The notes under the pieces: model-generated | Database searches by the model: none | What the model was told of the DNA's origin: nothing | The model's input: only the letters and a program-made list of their open reading frames with translations | Shown: positions 11,753 to 21,143 of the stretch, in pieces | Numbering within the stretch: the first letter of the stretch is position 1 | Layout of the letters: every line of letters begins with the position of its first letter | Translations under genes and position numbers: made by a program | DNA from: Elsinoe ampelina | Lineage: Eukaryota | NCBI GenBank assembly: GCA_010093995.1 | Contig: ML992543.1 | Span: 1 to 38,182 of the forward strand | Direction: 5' to 3' | Length of the DNA: 38,182 nt

Positions 11753-13974
11753 ATGGCCCCTCCCCATCCCAACGCCAAGCGAGTAGAAGGGGAGAAAGAA
11801 GCAGCCTACCTCTCCATCCGCGCCCGCAAACTCGCGCAGCGCCACGCCTCCATCCCGGAGGAATGGCGTCTCCCCCGTCCTCCTCGTCCTCCTCCCACGG
11901 CAGACCGGACGGACGTGCGGGACGTGCCGAGGACGTGTGGGGTGCTGACGGCGGAAGAGATCAGCATCACGGAGATGGGGGATGCGACGGCTTTGTTGGG
12001 GGAGATTGGGAGGGGGAGGTGGAGTGTGAGGGAGGTTGTGGGGGGGTTTTGTAAGAGGGCGGCGGTGGCGCAGGAATTGGTATGTCATCAATTTACTATT
12101 TTTCTTCTGTTGTCTCTGTTAAGGAGACTGTGCGGCTGGATGAGAGGGCAAAAGGAGGAGGCAAGGAAGGGGGATGGTAGGGTGGGTGAAGGGGTGAGGC
12201 GGCGCAGAGGAGCCGGGTTCTCGTTGTCTGGGTCACTTTGGATTGGGAGAGTGTAACCGAGAGTGGAAGACGCTGCATGGTCTGTTGAGATCCAAGTCGT
12301 GATGCGGGACTTGAGAGCATTTGTGCTACGGATACTTGCAATTACCGTGAGCAGAGATAGACTCTGGTGTCGTGAACTGGTGGCGATGAGCAGGCAGCAG
12401 ACAATGGCAGCCGCACTGGTCATGCAGCATCATGACTGACTGGCTAATAGACAAATTGCCTAACGGAAATCTTCTTCGACCGCGCCATGGCACGCGCGGA
12501 AGAACTCGATGAGCACTTTGCCCGTACTGGTAAACCAATAGGACCACTTCACGGCCTACCTATCTCCCTCAAAGACACTTTTCGCATTCCTGGTATCGAC
12601 TCTTCTATCGGCCTCGCCTCATTGTGCTTCAAACCCTCTACTTCCGCATCACCGCTCGTGACTCTCCTCCTCAACGCCGGCGCAGTATTGTACTGTAAGA
12701 CCAATGTTCCGCAAACAATGATGGCGTTGGACAGTCACAACAATGTCTTCGGACGCACCTTGAACCCAGCCAATACGAAACTCACAGCCGGCGGCTCATC
12801 AGGTGGCGAAGGCGCCCTCATAGCCATGAGAGGTAGTCTACTAGGCGTCGGCACCGACGTCGGCGGCAGCGTCCGCATCCCGGCCATGTGCAACGGCCTA
12901 GTGGGAATCAAGCCCTCCCACGGCCGCGTCCCCTACGCAAACCAAGAAGGAGGCGCCAAACCCGGAACCGACTTCCTCACCGTCCGCGCCTCAGCCGGTC
13001 CAATAGCCCACTCAGTCCGCGACTGCGAGCTCTTCTTCCGCGTAGTCGCAGGGCAAACACCATGGCACACCGACCCCGAAGTCGTGCCCCTACCATGGTC
13101 CCTCCCTTCCCCCGCCCCTCCCCGCCCTCTCCGCATCGGCCTCGTCCGCACAGACGGCACCACCACTCCCCTCCCTCCCATCGCGAACTTCCTCGAGGAA
13201 ACCGCCCGTCGCCTCTCCGCTCTCCCGGACATCGAGATCGTAGAGCTGGCCATCACACCCCTCATGGCGCAGACGCAGTCCCTCGTGAACAAGTTCTTCA
13301 GCGTCGACGGCGCAAACCAGATGTTCGACCTCATCGAAGCCACCGGCGAGCCGTTGTCGCCGTGGCTGCAGTCCCGACTCAAACGCCGACCGCAAGCCTC
13401 TCTCGATCGCGTGAGGGACCTGTTCGGGTCGCGGAACAAGTTGCAGACGGAGTTTTTGGATATCTGGCGCGAGGGAGGGGGGTATTGGCGGGGTTACCGA
13501 CCCTCGGGCTCGGCTTCTTCGCAGGTACCGCCTCGCCCTGCCGGCCAGGGGTCAGGCTTAGGCTCAGGATTTGGCTTAGCGCAGGAGAGAAGACTCGACG
13601 CCCTCCTCGCTCCTGTCGCCCCTCATCCTCTGCCTGAGATCGATCGGTGGAATACAGCGGGGTATACTTCGTCTTTTGTCCTGCTGGATTACCCGGCAGG
13701 CACGCTGACCGTGAGGGAGATGGAGGAGACGGATCTGCAGGGAGAGGTGCAAGGGCCGGTGCTCGGGGCTTGGGATAAGTATAATAGGACGTTGTGGGAG
13801 GGGGATAGGAGGAGGTATTTGGGGACGCCGCTTTGTGTGCAGGTTATTGGGGAGAGGCTCGGGGAGGAGAGGCTCGTGGAGGTTATGGGGAGGATGGAGG
13901 AGGGGTTGGGGTGTCGGGAGAGGAAGAACGGGGGAGGGAAGGGAGGGAGGGTGGAGAGGGGTGCGAGGCTGTAG
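11753..13974 (+). CDS. Amidase-signature family enzyme (acetamidase/FAAH-like); join(11753..12079,12451..13974), 616 aa
   Basis: FCKRAAVAQEL|TNCLTEIFF is joined across a 371-nt GTATGT...GCTAATAG intron. GPLHGLPISLKD carries the catalytic Lys. GGSSGGEG and GTDVGGSVRIP complete the Ser-cisSer-Lys triad motifs. Confidence 0.93.
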
Positions 13975-14087
13975 GAGAAAGGAGGCGAGAGTCGAGCAAG
14001 ACGAGAAGTACATGATGACAAGATGCTAGCATTGAGTGTCATGGCTGTCCCACACCAACTCATCTACCTGTAGGGGGGCTTATGAGT

Positions 14088-17000
14088 CTACACATTCTCC
14101 GATCCCTCTTTGCTCTGCTCTTCCTTCCTAGTCGTGGATCGACCAGCCAATTCCGAGGCACGTCTCCACCATTTGTTCTTGTGTACTGTCTCACGCCGCT
14201 TGAAATTTGCCAACACACTCAGTATCGACTCTACCTTGAACGCAAAGACAAGCAACGGCACTACAACAGCCGCGGACATGGCGACTGATCATGTCAGCAG
14301 GTGGGATCTGGACAATCTGGAGGATCGGAATGCTAGCTTACATATGTACGTCGCCACAAAGCCCAGACTCAAGCTGCCATCGCGGCGGGGAAACTCTGCA
14401 ATGTCGAGATCAAAGAAAGACGCCATGAATGAGAGGGGAAGCTGGGGACTGGATTAGCACGATGAGAGTCTCCCGCCTACAAGGAGGCCGATCGAAGGTG
14501 CTGCTTACGAAGACTATCGTCACGGCGGTAAACACCATGAGCGTATTCGACTGCTTAGCCGCTTCGCGGGCGAGCTCGCGCTGCGCTCTGGCCTCGTCCT
14601 TGGCTGAGCGGGACTCCAGCAAGTTATTCATCTTCTGCTTAAGGTCGAGGAGATGGTTGAGCTATGTCGGACAAGAGATGAGCGGAGAATGGGCCTACTC
14701 GGGAAAGTCAAATTACTCACCATTGAATCAGTATCATTAGCATCGCGACACATTTGCTGGGCTGTTGAGAGGCATGATTTTACCTGCTCGACGTAACGCG
14801 GAGTGTAACCTTCAGGGAATCCATCTAGTACAGACAGCTGGTCCCGGCAGATAACGATGAGGGTCCCGAGCTCGTCGCGAACATCCTGGATTTGACGCTG
14901 GAGTTCGACTTCTTCTACAATACTGATGCTTCCTGGATCGAGTCCCTTCTCCTGCTGTTGTTCCATATCGGCGACTTGAAGGGCGAAACCTCGGAAGCAT
15001 TCTGCGTTTCGATCGGCCTGTTTAGTACGGTCAGTGGAGCTGTCAATGACCCTCTGGAGTCGCTTACGATTCTTCGAATTTCATTTTGATAGCACTCGAG
15101 GACATCGAGCTCAGGCGCTGGTGGCCGTTTCGGGTTGAAGAGGGCGGAGACACAGTCCTCTATTATAAGATCGCGCAAGTCGTAGATATCATCGACTGTG
15201 GGTAAGCGGCGAACGACATTGTTCAACACGTCTGTAATAGCTCGTTCCGAGGGCTCTCCCTTTGTTCCAATACTCCAGCGCTCAGGAAAGCAAGTGAGGA
15301 CGCACCTGTCGTCCAACTTCCACAGCCATAACTGATCGACCATCAATAATGGTGTATCTGTAAGTGGTGGATCTCGTTTGTGGAGGCGAGTAAGTGTCTG
15401 ATCATTGTCGCGGGTCGTGATGTCTCGCAGAGAGTAGTAGCGATACTGGTCCAGGGTGCAACGAAAATGGAGCGGGTTGTGTTCGGCGGCGTTGAGATAT
15501 TCATTTGCCAACACCGCGTACCTATCCGATGCCTGGACTGATGAAGAATTTCGATGTCCAGCAGCGATATATCCAAGAGCGTTTTCAATACAGTGTTTCA
15601 TCCTCAAAAATTCGGTGGTCGTCTCCCAATGCACGTATGGTACCTGGGCCTGTCAGATCGAAGCCCAGGCATTGCTCAAGCTCATCTCACACATAGCGCG
15701 CTTGATAGGAATGCATGTTGCGTTCCCTCGTCGTCCCATCTGGGACGTAACGGTGCAGTCGAGTCCCGAGAAGTCGCTCTACGGCTGCTGTGCCACTTGT
15801 CGCCGGGAAGCAAATCTGATCGCTTGACTGTCTGATGGAGCCTTTCGTACTGCAAAAGGAGGATCTATATGAGTCAGCTGTAGTGCGCATAACGGCTTGG
15901 GCGTACATCACCTCCACCCATGACATCTAGATTGAGGTCAGTATTATCTCAAAATCCAAAAAAAAAACCATTGATAGGTGACTCACGTTGTTCATTGGCA
16001 GGTGTATCCACGCGAAGTCCCTGCCACCGGTGTCTTGATTGACAGCTCTTAGGAACTCCGTTGAAAGGATTTGATCAACATTGACTTCCACCTTTTGACT
16101 AAATTCAGAGCCGTCGAATCGTGCTACAATACCCTTAAACAACCCGTCGACTTTCGTGGAGTGCAGGATAGGGGAGTCCCTCAACCTAGGATTTGCCTCC
16201 TCTGCTGCACGTAAGAGATGTACGGCCATGGCGTGTCCGGTTTCTAAGTTCCTCTGTCCACTCTGATACTTCCCTCCCTGATGGGTCTCAGCCAGCTGCC
16301 GTGCTGTCTGCCCATTCACGTTGCGTGTCCAGATATTGGGTTGTGCAGTTAGCAGAACGCTTATAGCACCATCCTTGCCGCTGGCAGCGGCCGCGTGCAG
16401 TGCAGTCTCCGACTTGTTATTGATTTGGTCCACGGGAGCTCGCCGCTGGAGTAATTCGTGGACTATCGAGACATGCCCCGCATAGGCAGCGAGATGTAGT
16501 GCTGTGTTCCCTTCTTCGTCCTTGAGATACGGTATCATGCCATGATCCAGCAGTAGACATAGTACCTCCCTATGACCCGCCGTTGCAGCCAGATGTAAGG
16601 CCTTCTTCTCGCTTTGTATAGTGTCCTTAGTCATGAGGCGCAAACAGTGCTCGACCAAGACTTTCAAATCAAGATAGCAAGCTACTCTGATCCTGCTGTA
16701 TTCCAGACTTGGAGGCAGAGGCAGGGGATTATGGCCAGCATATACGCTGAACCATAGCCAGAAAATCGGTTCGTCAGGTTGACAGAGCACTCGACATTGA
16801 TTCAGTAGATCGGATGCACTCTCAGCACTTTGAATGTGCGCAACCCATTGAGTAGCAGCATAGGAAAGGAAAGGCCAGCGCACCAGATAGTCGCGGACTA
16901 GCGCCGTTGAACCCGTAAAGGTCCCATTGAAAGAATGCCGGATGTTCTCAGTATCATTTGACAGCTCGACTGATAGCAAGTAATCTGTACAAATACGTGC

Positions 17001-18716
17001 CATGGTCCGATGAAGGGTGTGAGCGCTCTTGGGGAGGCCCGGACATTGATAGTTGCCAAAAAGAAAATCGCGTACTGAATCATTCGCCAATTGGACCCCT
17101 TGATCGTGACGGGAGATGAACGTTTGATCAAGGATGTCAAGAGCCCTATGACAATCGAAAGATCCGGTGTTTTCCCGTTCGACAATTATCTGAAGCTCCA
17201 TCGCAGTCAATGGCCGTTTAGCCACTGCAACGAACCCCAGCAGTTGTCTCGCTTGATCACTCAGCTGCTTCCATCGTCCGTTCAGTGTGAACGTCCGGTA
17301 TAATTCACTACGAATGATTGAGTCGAGCGAATCCTCCGTGGAGCTCTGCTCGATCACGTCCAACATACCTTTAGCAGAAGCGAAAGACCCTCCAGCGTTG
17401 TCGACAACTTGTGCTCTGAGTTCTGCAGTCTGCGCAATCGTCAAGTGCTGTTTCAGAACAATTTGACGCATACGCATGTCGAGTAATTCCTCCAATGCCG
17501 AAGTGGTAGCCTGTTCGACGTCGACACTAGTACACGCCCGACTCTCGCCAACAATCTCTTCCACAGGTCCCAGTAATGGACATAAAAGAAGAAGTTTGAC
17601 TTTCCCGGCTGGTAACGCACTCATCTTGATGATTTTCATCAATTCAGCTCTGACACCTCCGAGTTGGTATTGCGATGCTGCCTCTGGTTCGAGCTGAGAT
17701 CCCAGGTTGAGGAAGCAGAAGACCCTCTTCTCCCGGATGACCTCGAAAGCTCGAGCTAGGCACGTTTCTGCTCCCATCGTGATGTCAAGATCATTTAAGC
17801 GGTGATCAGGGTCTTGCTCGACTAGCTGGAGCAGCAGCTGCCACATTACAATGTTCTCATAGCGTCCAGCTCCGTCGAGATGGGTCAAGTATGACGTGAC
17901 CTGGTAGTCTTGTAGCAGGTCTCCAGCCAGGAAGTGCGCTAGCGACTGCAAACTACTATCAGTACCGCCAGACAACACCAGAATCTCGGGCGTCGTCGCT
18001 CTGGTCCAATCGAGGTACTGGTCGGTGGACAAGATCCAAGACCAAGTATCAGACTCAGTGGCCATAGTAATTGCCTTCCTACTTGGATTCGGGATTTTCC
18101 GCCGTAATGCACGAAGCATCTCGGCCCGTCTGACATTTGGTTCTGGTCCGTCCAGTGAGCTATCTGAGCTATCTGAAGGGGGACCCATTGGCCGAGGGAC
18201 TGTCTTGGGGTCGTAAGGATTGACGGATTGGCTCGTAGAGGGATGATGTGGGAGACGATCTCTGACCCACGAGATCCTGTCTGCGTCTTGGGTGCCATTT
18301 TGCGTGAGGTGGTGTCGATATCGAGGTCGAGCATGAACCAGTGCTCGATCGGAAAACTGAGGGCCGATGAACTCCTTCCCGGTGGAACTCAGAGGAAGAT
18401 AAAGTGATGAAGCCCTCCGACGACTACCAAAGGTGGCGCGACGTTGAACAGGCCGTACTGTTCGATCCAGAAATTCCGTGGACGAATAGCTGCCTGGACT
18501 GGACCTCCTTGGCATGTAAGAATAGTCCATTGCCGCAGGCTGATGCTCTGACTCGTTCGAGCTATTGTCGCTGCGGTGCAGCAAACCTTCCGATCTCAAA
18601 TCGTGCCCTTCATGGCGATCTTGCGTGCTGTTTCTGGAATAAGCGCTGTGGCGAATGCGCCGATAGACGACGTCGTCCTCGGCACCACTACTATTCCTAA
18701 TCCAATCAATTGACAT
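14088..18716 (-). CDS. Degenerate NACHT-like + ankyrin-repeat + CorA-like (2-TM) protein; complement(join(14088..14284,14342..14441,14509..14661,14721..15017,15068..15643,15691..15864,15912..15926,15987..18716)), ~1413 aa
   Basis: Seven 47-67-nt GT-AG introns join the ORF pieces in frame. NACHT-region motifs: WILSTDQYLDW, VAVAKRPLTAMEL, PFLSYAATQWVAH. Ankyrins: ALHLAATAGH, GNTALHLAAYAGH, ETALHAAAASGK, GQTARQLA. Fungal CorA-like motifs: WIHLPMNNMSWVE, PYVHWET, TLDQY, LMVDQLWLW, LLDLKQK, VFTAVTIVFLPLSF. The start codon and the intron-2 donor (GTGATG) are less certain. Confidence 0.85.
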
Positions 18717-19315
18717 GCTACGTCGTCGACGTTGTGTTTGTTCTCTGGCTATGTGACAATCATTGTTGATTCGGAGTCAAGAATTCCCTCCATGTGTGAG
18801 GATTGAAATCAGAGGATGCTTCTCAGCCGCAGCTGAAGGCACACAGCTGAGCTCAAGTAGTGTGACACCTCATTGGGCGGACCAGATGCAGTAGCTCATC
18901 GGTAGCATCTCCAGGCAGGTCTGTGTGGCCATATTGGTCTATGGCTTGGCTACAGAACATCGCACGTTGATTGATAAGGCCGTGTGCGAGTGAAAGTAAG
19001 TGGGATGAATTAACATGAATGCAGCGGGAAGGCTGGCGACAACCGGTCCAGAAATCAACACACGGTATCTGTGCTTTCGACATCCTTCTCCGCTGACGTA
19101 AGAGCCTTTCAGAATGCAATGAAGGTGTATGTACGTGCATCTCCGCAAGTTTATCTGATACTGTCTGCTGTCACTCTGGCTGTCGTCGCGATGCCCACCA
19201 GATCTCAACTTCGAGCTGACCCGATCTAGCCGCGAGGGACGGTCGTGCAGCTGCGAACGAGACTTCGTCCCTGCACATTCCGATTGCCCTGGAGTAAATC
19301 CACACACCTACGGAC

Positions 19316-20711
19316 CTACCCAGTCATCCTCTCCAGCTTCTCCGGCAACATCCCCAACCACGTCGGATCCTCAGCCACGAACAAGAAGACCTCGTCCCTG
19401 CCCCCCTGTATCGCATAATCCGCCCACGTCTCCAATGTCTCCGCCAGGATCCTATCATCCGCCATTACAATAGCCTTCCCCGCAACATCCGGGTCCATAG
19501 CAAGGAGCGGCGCCGTCTCGTCTAGCTCGGAATACCTCCTGATCGATGCCAGACTGATGACGCCGGAGTCGTTGGTGAACTTTGACTTTGCAAGGGAGGT
19601 GCGGACGACGGCGCGGAGAGCGTTGTGGTCGGAGGAGAAGATGTCGCGGAAGACGTGGCAGATGGAAAGCGAGATGTTGGGAGAGATATGGTGTGCGACT
19701 GCTGGGAAGAGCGGGAAGTCAAAGGCACTAGACGCCATCGGTGAATCCATCCTTGTACTACTGTCGACTGCTTCTTGCTTGATGACTTGAATTTCGTCGT
19801 CGTCGATGATGAAAGGGTGGCTTTGAATCCGTCACCTCAGGGTCATGACCGATATGCGGCTCGTTTGGAGCGCGTATAGCGTGCGGGCCTGTCTGTGGTG
19901 TTGAGGCGGTAGAGGAAGTGTCTGATGACACAAGATCGACGTCCGGATCGGAGTGGATGACGGAGATTGCTGATAGGCTGGAGGTGGAAGCTCTTCCAGA
20001 TGACATGGCAGTGTGGCGTTCGGAAAGTTTGGATAGAGGCGATATTGATGCATCGTCCACCATGGTGCCCAGCTGTCCGTCTATTCCAGAGTCCCTCTTC
20101 GCCGATAGTCGCAAGTATATCTTAGGGGATTCCCCTTCTGATGTCGCTGTGACTGGTCCGCTGGCTGTCTGATTTTCCAGAGCTTCTTGAGCATGCTTCG
20201 CATTCGAGGTCTTCAACCCCCTGACGCCTTTCCCAGAAATGAGAGCACAAGACGATAACAGCAATCGCTGGAACGCGCAGGTGTGATCGGGCTGCGATTT
20301 GACCGAGAAGGCGCACTGAATGAACGCAGGCGGCTCCGAACCCACAGGCCACTGTCCTGTGAATAATCTATGCAGCTTTTCATGCTTGCCTGACAACACG
20401 TCTTGTTCGACTTGCCAACGGACTTCTCTTCCTTGTTTGCTTTTGCCCTCAAAGCTTGCGAGATCGTGTTTGCCCGTCTTTCTAAGCCAGGCCGTACACA
20501 TCACCCTGCACAGCTGCTTCTTGATCTCATTGAACGTTGGCTCCTCGGAGGACCAGTTGAAGAATTTGCGGAAGAATAGAGCATTTCCTCTTCCGTTGAA
20601 GTGCCTGTAGCTCAGAAGACCAGTGTAGTCATCGGACTCCCATGAGAAGATATCGCGCGGCACAAAGTCCATCCAGGGTTTCCCCTTGACATTCGTAACA
20701 TTGTGTGCCAT
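19316..20711 (-). CDS. Uncharacterised two-domain protein, paralog B; split by a +1 frameshift near 19811-19817 (ORFs 19758..20711 and 19316..19750; ~464 aa if joined)
   Basis: The N-part aligns with the N-terminus of the 21144..23370 gene and the 144-aa ORF aligns with its C-terminal domain. The frame of the second ORF is open upstream of its ATG and overlaps the first ORF. Confidence 0.7.
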
Positions 20712-21143
20712 CCTTGCAGGTTGAACTCACAATCGCTTCCAAGATCCGGCGTAGCTGATGACAGCTGAAGACCTGTCGCGTAAAGAGTAAACGTCGCACG
20801 CTTTGTAAATATTGACGCGTGATTGTCGTGCCAAAGTGGAGAAAGGCACGTGAAGTCGCGTGCCATTTTTCTCCTCTGTCACATGCCACCAGCAAGTGCT
20901 ACCAGAATTGGGAACAGGGAGATACCTAGCTGGTTGCAGATCTGATCTAATTTCAGCGTTATTATCTATGTTCATATTCACAAAAATCGATTCCGCCTCA
21001 TGATGTGCAAAGGAACACGGAACGGTCTACTCGCCTTTGCCACCCCTGCAATGTTCCATCTCACAACCCAAGCACCTCAATATGCATCTCATCCAGGACT
21101 CCCAATTCGGTATGGGCATCCATGTCTACACTCCATCCTTCAT

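Noticed and set aside
12888..14063. Long alternative-frame and antisense Pro/Arg- or Gly-rich ORFs over the amidase (similarly at 21847-22730 and 34815-35848)
   Set aside because: By-products of extreme C/G skew suppressing stop codons.
14088..15926. Several small minus-strand ORFs (63-239 aa) as separate genes
   Set aside because: They join in frame through canonical introns into one CorA-like domain.
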